A DNA stretch of 64,000 nt, from NCBI RefSeq assembly GCF_006345805.1, contig NC_042997.1, forward strand, positions 1,426,001 to 1,490,000. The letters are read 5' to 3'. Positions 29,413 to 42,341 of this stretch are shown here, in pieces. Made by a program: the position numbers and the translations under genes. The notes beneath the pieces were generated by a model, which was not told where the DNA came from, made no database searches, and saw only the letters and a list, made by a program, of their open reading frames with translations. Each line of letters opens with the position of its first letter. The first letter of the stretch is position 1. This stretch comes from Octopus sinensis (taxonomy: Eukaryota).

Positions 29413-31352
29413 ATATTGTATAGAAGCCATGGAAAATGCAGAAGAATTATATGGGTTGTGTTTAATTCTAAGCTTCATTGTTACGAAAACATTCATTATT
29501 GATTGCTTATAATATAGAATGTAATTTATAAATGAGGTCGTCGCATTTGTTGTTGTGTCCATTGCCTATGTCTGCTTGAGCTGACATCTCATCCGAACGT
29601 TTCAATCGCAGCATGCTGTTTATCTTCTAATATAGTAAACCTAGCAGTCTTAAATATTTCCCTCCTTATATTACAGTATTTACCTCCAGTTTCACTGAAT
29701 AAAACCACCTAGTATATCACCGAGCGCCATAGGATATTAATTTAATGAAAATTTGGTTTTACGGTTCATTCATTTCATATCCCTGATAAACACATGTGTT
29801 TTAGAATATGCTTGTCGTTGATTAAGGTGACATTCAGTTTGAGCGACCAAATATAAACATCAATTTCTGCTCGTATACGGATATGGCATTTGAAGCCTAT
29901 CACATTTCTAATTTCTCTAAATCAATTTTAAATACACCTTGTCGTTCATTTGAAATTAACTCACTTCCATTTTATAACTTTTCTCTCATTACATTGTCTC
30001 CAGGGAAAAAGAGAAAACATTATGGACTTCAAACACTATGGTTTTAATTATTGATCTTCTAATATTTTCAATTAGTTATTCATAATGAAACTATGCGCAC
30101 GGGTGCCGACACAAATATAGACATACTTATACACACCAACACATACATACGCACGAACATATATAAAGGGCACATACAAAAATGTATTCCCTTGCACAAA
30201 CACGTTATATATCAACAATGTGGGAAAATTGTGTAACAAAAATTAGTAAGCATTACACGTTATAAGTGTGTGGGCTTAGGTGCGTATATTTGCGTGTAGG
30301 AGGATGGAAGAGTGTGTGAATGTATATACAAGTAAAACAATTATTTGTGCATCTTGGGAAAATGGATTTAAGAATATTTTGTTAGTTAGGAACGTTGAAT
30401 CAGAAAATATAATGTATAAATTAAACGAAAATCTTATTATGCACACTAGATACCAAAATTATGCAACTCTTTCTTAGGACAATGCAAGAGCATGAAGGAA
30501 GAATAAACAAATCGCACATGAAAGAGAATGCATATATTTTTCCTTCAAAGACTGAAAAATATGAGGATGTATGCTGTAGAAAACTGGAATACATAGATAT
30601 AACTTTGTAGATTGAAATATGCGGTAAAGCACTTAACAGAGATAGCAAGAAAGATTTTTATGTGGTTATGCGGACATGATTAATCACACATTTTTATTGA
30701 CTGGGGTGGAATGGAAAAAAGAAACAAGAATGTATGGAAATGCATATATAATTGCAGACTGCATGATGTAATACGTGAAGACAACTAAGATAGAGCTTAT
30801 AACGAAGTAAAACGGAAGTAAAAATGGTCACGAACAATATTAAATTAAATAGGCTTAAGGAAGACAATCATTAAATTAATGGCGGTTATCGTTTTAGTAT
30901 ATTATACTTATGAAGGTTGCATGACATTAATATTTTTTCTTTTGTTTTATGTGTATGATTTAGCCTTATGTAGATATTGGCAATTTTGTAAAAATAGGAA
31001 CACAATATTAAATGTGTGTGTGTGTTTTGAAATAAATTTCTATGCAGCGTCATTTACTTTCATGTATTGTATATATATTCTGTAGGAATGATTCAGAACA
31101 ACTAAGGGTTTCGAAACTAAAACAAATGTCTACCAAAAACTACTTTATTAGATGCAGCAAAAAGAATAAAAGAGGAAATAGGGTTTGAAGAGCCAAGTGG
31201 GATTGAATACTGAAGTGAATGGAGAGAAGTCAATTAAGATAACACTGATGTGTATTAATTGCTTTTTTGATATAATTAAATTGTCGGGTCATTACCTCCA
31301 TGGCGATTTCTACATTTATTCCCAATTAAGCCATAGCATCTAGATTTGGAAT

Positions 31353-31354
<2 letters not shown>

Positions 31355-31411
<57 letters not shown>

Positions 31412-31449
31412 TATATATGTATATATATATGTATATATATATATAATAT

Positions 31450-31492
<43 letters not shown>

Positions 31493-31566
31493 AGATATAC
31501 ATACATAAATACATAGTTCTATATACGTACATACATATATATATATATGTATATATTATATATACA

Positions 31567-31638
<72 letters not shown>

Positions 31639-31675
31639 TACATACACACATACACACATATACACACATACATAT
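31355..31675. repeat. (TA)n array
   Basis: Direct reading. Confidence 0.95.
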
Positions 31676-33992
31676 TTCCATATGCATATAAATGGAGTGA
31701 AATTCTATGTAATCGTTTAACATATTGAGACATTTTCCGGTCGATATAATTTCAGATACTGAAATTCCTGTTTATCCATTAATTACAAAATGTTATTTAT
31801 CAAACTAATATGCAGTCGTATATTTTGGTTTTAATACTATAGCTGGTATATATAGTAACTTTTATATTGACAAAATAATTATGATGTATATGGATTTCGA
31901 TTAATTTAATTTGATTAAATCCAATAGACATTTTAATGGTATATAACCACTTTAACAATATGACATTGTAATTGAATAGTAGGTGAACTGCAGTCTTTAA
32001 ATTATTAGGTGCTGGCAGTTGAAAGATGGCTCTGGTTTACGTATACCATCCCAAAAATGTATGAATAAATATCTATATGAATGTAACTATTTGTTTATGA
32101 AGAACAGTTATGCAACTAAACTTCATATCTATTGATAGATGAAACACATTCATCGTGTTTTTTTAGTGTGTGTAGAATATATGTAAATGTTACCAATTCA
32201 ATTCATTCGAACTTACCTGTCACCAGATACATAATGTTTTGTCCCAATAATTGTGAAACACTGCATAAGTTTTAGCGCTTATTGATATCTGTTGAGGATT
32301 ATTTGATTTCATACATCCTTATCTTTTTCCGCAGCTACAAAAATTTAGAAATAATCTTTAAAGATACACACATATCAAGGGCTGATATTTTATGTTAAAT
32401 GTATTATAGCAGTCACTTTCTGTTCAATGAAATATCATACATACAATTTTTACTGCATAGATTTTCACAATCAACTATACGTCATTTCACATGTCATTGA
32501 AAATCGATATCTCTTATGTCTTACAACCAACTTAGAGTCAAAACTTAATCAGCCATAGTCAAAGTTTATAATAAATATATTACATAGCAAAGTGATTGCT
32601 TCACAATTGAAAACAAACATTACATAGTAGCTAGATTCCAGAACGGAAAATATGCAGGAGAATCGTTAAATGACAAGATTTAAATTTAATATTTCAATGT
32701 CATAAATATCATGAATAGCTTTATTCCCAATACAAAATATGATAGATTCGACTGAAAATAACGGATATGTGAGCACAACGCTGCTATACTCGATGGCCCA
32801 GCACTTTAACCTTAAAGTCAGTGTGTTATATTTGAATCATTTATAATTTTATATAGCTTCTGCATTTCAATCATCGCTTTTTAAAGAATTAATTTTTAAA
32901 AATATAAAATACCAAAACATTATGTAAATCTATTTGTTTATATTATTCTTTTCATGAATACATTCACGTATAGGTTTGAAAATTTAGAAATATGAATGAA
33001 TTATATAAGAAAACACAAAGCAGAAATGTTTACAGGGTATCTTACAATTCGATCTTGTATGGAAATTCGAAATTAAGTAGTCATAACAAAAGAAATATAA
33101 ACAAAAATATATGAAATCAAACTCCAGTTATAAAAAAATTAGTTTAATATAGTTTACATAATTTAATGAAACTATTCTGTGGAAAAAGAGAAAAACAAAA
33201 CATTTTACATAAAAATTCAATAAATCTGTTTGGAAAACACAAGGGTATTGAAGAAAAATGATCTTGCCCTTATAAATTAAGATGCAAAATATAATGTTTA
33301 CTAGAGTTTCTAAAATAATAATGTGGTGAAAGGAAGCATTGAAAAATAAATATAATATTTTAACCCCATAACACTATGGATTGCAACATACGGTTATTGG
33401 CAACTTCATATTATTTATACCCAATTATAAAAATATGTAATCATCGAAATAGGTGGAAACTGATGCATGAAATTTAGTGATTATTTGTTAGTAATTTCTT
33501 AATTATTGATCTAAAGCAAGAAAATAAGGTTTACAATGAGTGCTTTCAATTTTTACGTGGGGAGGTTTTGGTACCAAGATATAGAATGTGTATTACTGAA
33601 TTCATTAAGGTATATTTCATTCATACGTTCTATATGACAATATTTTTTCCTTGTTTTGTCTGCAACAGGAGGCCTACCAATGAAATTCAAGGTTTTGTTA
33701 GGAGAGACTGATGCCTTTAATGTCCCATTGACTATATGTATCACACCGTTACAGATGAGGTATATTAGTTATGTTTCTCAACACCAAAGACTAACAGCAC
33801 TATTGTTTCCCAGTTCCAATAACAAATTACTTCTAGTATGTTTTCATTACTATATTATACATACTCCATAAAAGGAATATAAATCAACGTTAGGTAATTA
33901 CTTTTAAATACTACCTTATGAAAATAACAATGGGATGATGATTGTTAGGATGATAGTGATAATAATGATGCTAATAATAATGATGATGATGA

Positions 33993-34831
33993 TGGAGTTT
34001 ATCATAGCAGCCAAACATCAATGTCTACCCTCAAGGAACTACCAGGCCAATATATTAAAGAACGGCAGCTCCCCAATATGTCGTGTATGTCAACAGCAAA
34101 ATAAAACCATTGATCATGTTGTCTCCAAGTTCAGGCTTCTTGCACCTACAGAGTATCTCAACTGGCATGATAGAGCTGCACAACATATTCACTGGGTAAT
34201 TTGCAAAAACATGGACTTGCCCCATGATAAAAATTTGTGGGAACACAAACCACCTCCAGTGCTTGAAAATGGTCACATCACACTCCTCTGGAACGTCACC
34301 ATTCAAATTCACAGAAACATAAATGCAAATAGGCCAGACATCATATTGAAAGACTTCAGACAAAAATCATGCCTCCTCATTGATATGACTATTCCAATCG
34401 ATATAAATGTATCTGTCAATACCTACCAAAAACTGAGCAAATATAAAGACCTCAAAATAGAAATTGGCAAAATGTGGAAGCTGAAGACTAAAACAATACC
34501 TGTTGTCATAGATTCCATAGGAATGATAGCAAAGGGGATGCTTGCTACTTAGCACAGATATCAGGAAATCCCAAAATGGCAGGAATTCAAAAGGTAGTGT
34601 TCTTGGGAGCTGCTCATATCCTACGTAAAATACTGTCTATGTAATATCAAATTTTAAAACACTCATAATTGTCTTGTTTCTTAAACATTCTCTAGAACAA
34701 TACTATGTGAAAAACCATATATATAACAAACAAGGCATAATACCAACATGAACTTCTAACTTGCTGTCTCTTGATTTCTATGGGTGAGACTTGGAGCGAG
34801 CTTGTACAAATACAAAGCAAAAGATAAACAT
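33993..34831 (+). mobile_element. R4/Dong-like LINE 3' end (Zn knuckle, REL endonuclease, 3' UTR) followed by (TAA)n
   Basis: ORF 33935-34552: CRVC...TIDHVVS, EYLNWHD (RHD-like), NRPDIIL...LLIDMTIP, KLSKYKDL. The tail AAATACAAAGCAAAAGATAAACAT is followed by (TAA)n at 34832-35036. Confidence 0.92.
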
Positions 34832-34862
34832 ATAATAATAATAATAAATAATAATAATAATA

Positions 34863-34895
<33 letters not shown>

Positions 34896-34949
34896 TAATA
34901 ATAATAATGATGATAATAATAATAATAATAATAAATAATAATAATAATG

Positions 34950-35037
<88 letters not shown>

Positions 35038-35069
35038 AACCCAGCAGGTCAACTGAATATAACTCTTAA

Positions 35070-36130
35070 ATACTGGAATATCTACAATTTCCTGAGACTA
35101 TTTTGAATTTCCCTCAAAATAACTTAAAGAACATACAAATCTACAGCTTTCGAACACATAAACAATCAGCTTTAAAACCTTTGATATGTACACCTTCAGT
35201 GAATACCTATCATTTTCCCTTTCCCCCTGAGGCTCCGATAATGTAAACATCCTCTTTACTCCGAGAACACTACAGTTTTCTCTGTTCGGACGGTCAAAAG
35301 ATCATCTCCAGTAAATTCTAAAAACCTCATATCTACAATTTTCTGTGAAAAAAAAAAATACCTCCCTATTCTTTAGGTTCCTGTTTCCCTGAGTATTCGA
35401 AAATATAAACATATTTTTTATTGCAAAACAAACACGAGCTTTTTTTACTGAACGGGCATACAAACGAACACCTCAAAAAAACTAGAAACTTTAATATCTC
35501 CAATTTTGTGTGAACACTTTGCCTTCCCTTCTTCCCTGACTAAGAGAATATGTAAACAAACCTTTTATTGTAACAACACAATTAAATGCACAATAAAAAA
35601 TTAATGAAGTAAGCATCTGCCAATATATACATACTGCTCAACTACAAAAACTAAACCAGAGTAAAATTTTTTAAATGAAAAGAAAAATTCCAAACGAAAA
35701 GGAAAAAGAAATTCAGCAATTCAAAAATCCAACAATATTTCTTCCTAATATTTCCAGTACTGGAATATCTACAATTTTCTATAAATATTTCAACTCACCC
35801 TGAAAATAAAATAAGTTAGGAAACTTACATACTACAGATTTCGAACACACAAATGATCCTCCTTCTTATTCTAAGAGCACTACCATTTCGCGCTGTGCGA
35901 TCATACAACAGACCATATTTAGTAAATCTTAATACATTACTATCTACAATTCGCTTTCTTTTCTTTTTGACACTCCCTGAGTATTCGAAATTGTAAACAT
36001 CCGTTTAATTACAAAAGTCCTACTTTATTCTTCAACTGGACAGACAAAAGAAAACATAAAAACTTTAATATATTACCAAAATACGTAAACACAATTTTAT
36101 TGCTACAACACAATTGAATTAAGAAATTCA
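35070..36130 (+). repeat. Degenerate ~150-165-bp tandem units inside a ~690-bp higher-order duplication
   Basis: Recurring ATATCTACAATTT and CCCTGA...TAAACA motifs; TACTGGAATATCTACAATTT at 35071 and 35758. Confidence 0.7.
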
Positions 36131-36454
36131 AAAATTCAAAAACGTGAATATCAGTATACATATATATATATATATATATTATTGTTTTTCTACCAGTAAT
36201 TACAAATAGAACAGGTTGAATTGATTCTTTTCAAGGCAGCGCTCTCAACGGCCACTGGTTGAAGTAAACACATTTGACCTCTGCTGAACCAAAGGGTGTG
36301 AAGATTAGTTTGTCTCTATGGCTTACCTCTCCACCATCTGCCGATTTCTATTTATATATCTGTAGTTTATGATCTATTCACCACATTGCTGCCCAACTGC
36401 TTCCTCCAATAATGGTAGTGGTGGTGATGGTGATAATGAAAATATAATAATAAT

Positions 36455-36853
36455 AATAATAGAAATATTAAAATTACTAAGTCTCTATAAAAGAATTACG
36501 GCAGCGTTTACTGGAAATTAATTGTTATCGCCATATTAATATGGCATTCTTATAGATATAAGAATAATCGCTGCCGCTGGTCAGCTCCATGAGGCAACCG
36601 CCATCAAGATAGCTATTGATACACGATTTGTATCCATTATAACCTTCGAACAAGGGAGGTCAGCCGCTTCACACTGCCAGTTCAACAGCTACAGACGCGT
36701 TTCGGGGTATTGCCCCTTGTCAATGTAGCGCAGTCAGACCCGCAGGTGTCGCCACTGACGTCTCTGTTCGAAGGTTTCTATTTACCTAGTTTCAGTGGAA
36801 TACATCCACTTGTTTTCAATAATAGAAATATTAAAATTACTAAGTCTCTATAA
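36455..36853 (-). mobile_element. Retrozyme-like, highly structured 363-bp unit bounded by a perfect 36-bp direct repeat
   Basis: AATAATAGAAATATTAAAATTACTAAGTCTCTATAA at 36455-36490 and 36818-36853; several internal hairpins; HHR at 36688-36729. Confidence 0.75.
36688..36729 (-). ncRNA. Minimal type I hammerhead ribozyme with U3-A8 compensatory core
   Basis: GCUACA-UUGACAA-GGGG(CAAUA)CCCC-GAAA-CGCG-UC/UGUAGC: perfect 6-bp stem I, 4-bp stem II, palindromic ACGCGU stem III, GUC cleavage triplet. Confidence 0.82.
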
Positions 36854-36887
36854 TATACTGTAGCTGCTGATGCTATATACTACAATT

Positions 36888-36950
<63 letters not shown>

Positions 36951-37064
36951 TGATAGCACAGGAATACGAGGCCCAAATACCACACTTAACACTACCCCCA
37001 CTATTTATACTGTTACTGCTGCTGTTGCTGCAACCGCTGTTGCTGTTACACATAAAAACAATAA

Positions 37065-39303
37065 CGCTGGTGACTGCTCAACCTGATAAAGGCTACCTCA
37101 TATGAGCGACACCCCAAAAATTAGGAGTTAGCTACTACGTATATATGATCATTGGAGATTGTTTTAGCTGACGGAACGGAGACAGTGTGATCAAGCTAGA
37201 GCATAAAGAAGTAGAACGTGAAGCTATCAAAACACGGGCCATGGAAAATAGCAGCAGAGATCAGAATGAAAATGCAGTTCTTACTGATAACAGTAATTTC
37301 ATAGCACAAGGAAGGAGCAGTGGTAGTTTACTTGATGAGAGATATATAGATGATATAAAAGAATACAATAAACTAATAGCGACATGACAGGTGAACAAAT
37401 GGCAACCTACGACAAAATAAAATTAAGACTACAGGAGAAGGGGGGCGACATTATTTGCTACCTTGAAAAAGTTGATCGATGGAAATTGAACCAAGAACTG
37501 AAAGATGTCAATGAAATTCTGAAATGCATCAGAACACACATTACAGAAACAAATAATTTGATCTAGGCAGCAAATATTTTTGTAGCAGAAAATGTGGATG
37601 TTGATGTCAAGAAAGAGAAACAATAGGAGTGACAAGAGAAAAGATCCATGGCGGAAAAGAAGAATCCAGGCAGGATTAGACATACTCTCGAAGGAAATCT
37701 CTGTGTCAGACAGAAAAGAGAAAGGGGAGCTTAAAAGAGAATAAAAATATAGGGAGCACAAAAGGAAGTATTATATTGAAAGAAAGTGTCTGAAAGTAGT
37801 AGTGGAGGAACTCAAACAGCGCCTCGTTGCAAAGAAAGCGAAGATGGTATGATACAACCAAAGAATAGGTTATTCAGAGTAGATCAGAAGAGATATTATA
37901 ATGAAATAAATGGAGAGTGAACAGATGAAAAGTTGATACCATATAACATTGACAGTCAAAGGATTTGGAGTGACAACTGGAGCAAGGACAAGAAGCACAA
38001 GAAAGATGCTGCATGGTTGCAAGAAATGAAACAAATAGTAGTCTGTCCAAAACAGGCAGAACTAGTCATTTTCAGTTAGGGAAGTGAAGGAAATCAGCAA
38101 ACAAATGAGCAACTAGAAGGCCCCGGGTCCTGATGGAGTTCAAGGCTACTAGATCAAAAGAATTGGTGAATGACATACACGAACAGCTGCGCAACTCAAC
38201 ACCTTGTTAAATGGACGGAATAAGATCGAAACTATCAACACCTGGGTGGTTTCACTCCTTAGATACGGTGCAGGGGTAATCGCATGGAGAGTAGACGAAC
38301 TAAACAGCTTAAACAAAAAGACAAGGAAGTTGCTAACTAGATTATGGTCACTCCATCCACAAAGTGACACAGACAGACTCTATGTACCAAGAAAAAGAGG
38401 GTGGAGAGGACATATTGGATGTGGACTCAACATTACAGCAGAATAAAACAACATAGAATGGAATGTAAAAAATGGCACAGAACCGCTGTTATTAGAAGTA
38501 AGAAGTTCAGACTTGTGTAGGATGAAAGATTGCAAAGATAAAGAACTATACAAGAAATTGAAAACGAATGAAACTGAAAATAGGTGGGTAAAGAAAAGAA
38601 TGCACGGTCAAATTCATAGAGATGTTGAAGATAAGACAGACAGAGAAAAATAAGGCTGTGGATGACTAAAAGTTATTTAAAACCGGAAACGGAGGCTCTA
38701 ACCTGTGCTGCCCAACAGCAAGCACTAAGAAAAAACTACGTAAAATGGAGAATAGTCAACACAGCAGAAAGTGATAAGCGCGGAATCTGTGAACAAAATG
38801 GTGAAACCGTATGGCATATTACCAGCCAATATACGCCAATAGCCCAGAAGGAATATAAGAGAGGTCACGTCAATATAGCAAGGCTTGGCTATTGGGCACT
38901 TTGCAAAAAGTATGGACTTTGGGGTTTTATGATTCAGTGCGACCATGAGATAGAGTATAGGAAGTCAAACTATGTCTTAATTGAGAAAGAAAACAAACTA
39001 TGCTGGATCATAGATATAGCATGCCCAACAAGGTATCCGATTAGGAAGAAAGAAATGTTGAGTGATGTGACAGGTTAGCTTGGGAAGTTAAGCAGTTGTA
39101 GTCGATGAAAAAGGTAACAGTAGTACGTGGAACAAGTAGGGGCTGCTATAAGGTTGGAGCCCTTGCAGGACACAGCACTGCTTGGAACCGCTCGAATACT
39201 CCGTGAGGGGTTGGAAAAATAAGAGGTGTTACCTTAATTCACTGGTAGTGAACAGCTGACACTGTAATAAATCTCTAGCGTTAGGAGCTGTGCAAAGGCA
39301 ACG
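37065..39303 (+). mobile_element. R4/Dong-like LINE with most of the RT deleted, ending in (TAA)n
   Basis: KAPGPDGVQGY joins directly to LNGRNKIETINTWVVSLLRYGAG; then SDTDRLYVPRKRGWRG, KRMHGQF, TEALTCAAQQQAL, ETVWHITS, EYKRGH, IIDIACP; (TAA)n from 39304. Confidence 0.9.
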
Positions 39304-39370
<67 letters not shown>

Positions 39371-39392
39371 TAATAATAATAATAATAATAAC

Positions 39393-39442
<50 letters not shown>

Positions 39443-39522
39443 TAATATAATGATGATGATGATGGTGGTGCTAGTGGTGGTGGTGGTGATGATGGTGTTG
39501 GTGGTGGTGATGGTGATGATGG

Positions 39523-39555
<33 letters not shown>

Positions 39556-39556
<1 letters not shown>

Positions 39557-39691
39557 CTTTTCTATTATAGGTTCAAGGTCTGAAATTTGGAGGGAGGAAA
39601 ATAATTGATTCTATCACCCGTGAGTTCAACGATTCTGCCAGCTCGCCTCCTTAATATTGATACCGCTAAGCATTTCGTCCGGACTACTAAT
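39556..39691 (-). mobile_element. Internally deleted and rearranged family-B SINE
   Basis: Tail TCTTTTCTATTATAGG, then head GATTCTGCCAGCTCGCC, then an out-of-order segment GCTAAGCATTTCGTCCGG. Confidence 0.6.
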
Positions 39692-40699
39692 GTCAGTCGG
39701 TCATGAGGTGTACTGGTCAGATGTAACTTAAAATAATATTTCGCAGGTCGAATAAACGGCGACTAAACCGGCAACTCTACGTAGCATGATTGGTGAGGAG
39801 AGTAATGTTGTGGGATGAAAAACAAAACACGTCAAAGCGCGAATAAACTCTGAATATTTATCCCTTATCGTTTGTATCGGGTTTAAATGTTCAAAGTTGA
39901 CTAAACATTTCACATCTTGCCAAACCGATAACATTTTACGTGACCCATTTCAGGTGTCGCTGAATATATATTCTTTCTCATCCAGCATTGTCAGAGAGTG
40001 AAAATAGGATTTATTGTATCTTCCCCATCACCACAACGCAACAGAAAGTGCAAGGAATAGTAATGCCAGGTAAAGCTCCTACATCCAGATATGTCTCCGT
40101 AAACAATAACTCTCTACTCCAGTGGGCGATGTTGTCTGATTCCTGATTTGAATGATTTTACCAGGTGGTGCTATTAAACTAGACATGGCCTGGGCCAATA
40201 TGATAAATAGTTGAATGTCCAAATCCAAAATTCTCTGCTAGTGCATCAACAGTTACGATGGGATTTTGTTCCTCCACGGTTTGCAGGACGTTCTCGTCGA
40301 GCTCTACAAATCTACTATGACGAGGCTCGTCTTTTAGGCTGTAGTTTCCGGCCTGGAATTTCTGGAATCACCGTTAACACAAGATTTCGCTTATTGTCCG
40401 ATCCCTATATACTGCATTAATATTCCTTGCACTTTCTGTTGCGTTGTTACCTTTATTGAACTCGTAAAGTAAAATATGATGAATATGCTCTTTCCATTAT
40501 AGCCAACAGCACTCTTCAAAACTTGCACTAAGGATAAGGACAAGGTAAAATTACTACCTGTTTTATAGCAAGTTGATGCAGGTTGTTTATCCCGCCCCCC
40601 TTCGAATTTTAGTTCATGCAATTGAAACAACTTGCGTCTTTTATATAAAGACTCAATAGATATATTTGCCTTAGCTGTCTCAGTTATAAGTTACAGTTA

Positions 40700-41660
40700 C
40701 AATATTCTTAATGGGGCAGTAAATGAATTAACCAAACTAGACAGGAAAAGAAGAAAAATAATGACGGAATTCAGAATACGCACTCAAAATCTGGCATAGA
40801 ACATTATTACATATACACGGAATTGAAAGTCGTAGATACCATATACAACTGGAAATCTACTATAAAATAACCATCAAAGGATTACAAATAATTCAGAACC
40901 AAGGCAAACTGGTACAACTAGCACCTTCAAAATATGAGCAAAACAAAAGAAAAAACTCTTTCTGTCCCAAAAGAAGCCGAGAAATACACGAAAGTGTTTA
41001 TAGTACCTGTGTTTATAGTAACTGCAAAAAACAAAAGCTTTAAAACAACTAACATCTGAACTAAGCCTGGAAGAATAAAATACTATGATAAAACAATGGT
41101 AAGAAAAACCTTTATATTGCTAATACTGGGATAAGTTGATAAAAATAAAAAAAAAACAAGAAAAGAAAAAAAAGAAATTAACAAAGCAAAACTCCATCGA
41201 TGGTTGTGGAGTTCCGGTCTCAAAGCAGAGACGTAAAGATTTTTTATTTGCGGCAAAAGATCAAACCCTCCTTCACCAGAAATCATCAGAAACACATATT
41301 GGAGAAAAAATATAAGTGCATTAATATTCCTAGCACTTTCTGTTGTGTAGTGGTGATGAGGAAGAGACACTAAATCATATTTTCACTCTCTGCCCAATAC
41401 TGGATCAGTAAGAATATATTCACAGGCATAAAATAGTTCAGACTTATATACACTTGAAGCTATGCCAGCAGTATTGAAGATTACATATACAAGGAAGTTT
41501 ACATATAGAAGGTTACATACTTTGATACCTTGATACTTTGATAGGTTCCGGTCTGTATTGGCCCAGGTCATGTCTAACTTAATAGCACCATATGGCAAAA
41601 TCATTCAAATAGAGAGTTATCGTTTACGGAGACATATCTGGGTGTAGGAGGTTTATCAGG
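40700..41660 (+). mobile_element. L1/Tx1-like ORF2 C-terminal remnant (zf-RVT / CCHC)
   Basis: LHRWLWSSGLKAE, then NIP(S/C)TFC...GDEEETLNHIFTLCP. The copy at 40414 retains the first Cys. Boundaries approximate. Confidence 0.6.
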
Positions 41661-42047
41661 GATTTTTTAAAGGAATTTGTTCAACGACTTCTGGAACTTT
41701 ATGTTTCTGCTGTAATGCGATTTGGTGTAATGTTAAAGAGAGCGGAGCCAATGGAAGGGAAATAATAGTGCAGTATTGTTCCTATGTGATGCGAGTATTA
41801 TTTTTGTTGTGGACGGATAGCACGGGGTCAAAATCTTGGGAGTATCTTAAAAGCGATGCCAACATCATTTGGGCAATGCTGGTGGAATATTTTCCACTGC
41901 ATGCAGATGATGTAGCGCTCTCGGCAAGGTTGGAGAGAATAAAGTTTGAGTTTTTCTAGTCAACCCCAATAGTCAAGTGCTGTCATGCCATTTATCTCTT
42001 TTGTAATTGAACTGACAAAAACAAAGATTTTATACGCATATCCCATT

Positions 42048-42111
42048 GTCTTTTGAGGTCTCTGGGTGAGACTTAGAGCCAACCTGTACAAATACAAAGC
42101 AAAAGTCAAAC

Positions 42112-42113
<2 letters not shown>
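42048..42113 (+). mobile_element. Short 3' tail of the same R4/Dong family as 33993-34831, followed by (TAA)n
   Basis: GGGTGAGACTTAGAGCCAACCTGTACAAATACAAAGCAAAAGTCAAACAT matches 34781-34831. Confidence 0.85.
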
Positions 42114-42144
<31 letters not shown>

Positions 42145-42188
42145 TAATAATAATAATATTAATAATGATAATAATAATGATGATGATG

Positions 42189-42220
<32 letters not shown>

Positions 42221-42275
42221 TATAATAATGATGATCATAATAATAATAATAATAATGATGATGATGATGATGATG

Positions 42276-42339
<64 letters not shown>

Positions 42340-42341
<2 letters not shown>

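Noticed and set aside
31355-31640. Recurrent single AA/TT phase shifts within (TA)n arrays
   Set aside because: Explained by slippage or by sequencing/consensus errors in palindromic repeats.
33553-33871. Candidate host exon (also 43696-43923 and 62530-62800)
   Set aside because: No recognisable domain and no convincing splice-site pair; cannot be supported without transcript data.
36584-36614. Possible plus-strand second hammerhead (AGCU-CCAUGA-GGC/GCC...AGCU) in the retrozyme-like unit
   Set aside because: Lacks both CUGA and GAAA, so it cannot be called a ribozyme.
40066-41660. A 1.6-kb DNA transposon with ~50-bp TIRs
   Set aside because: The inverted match is one of several scrambled inversions of LINE-like sequence, and no TSD is visible.
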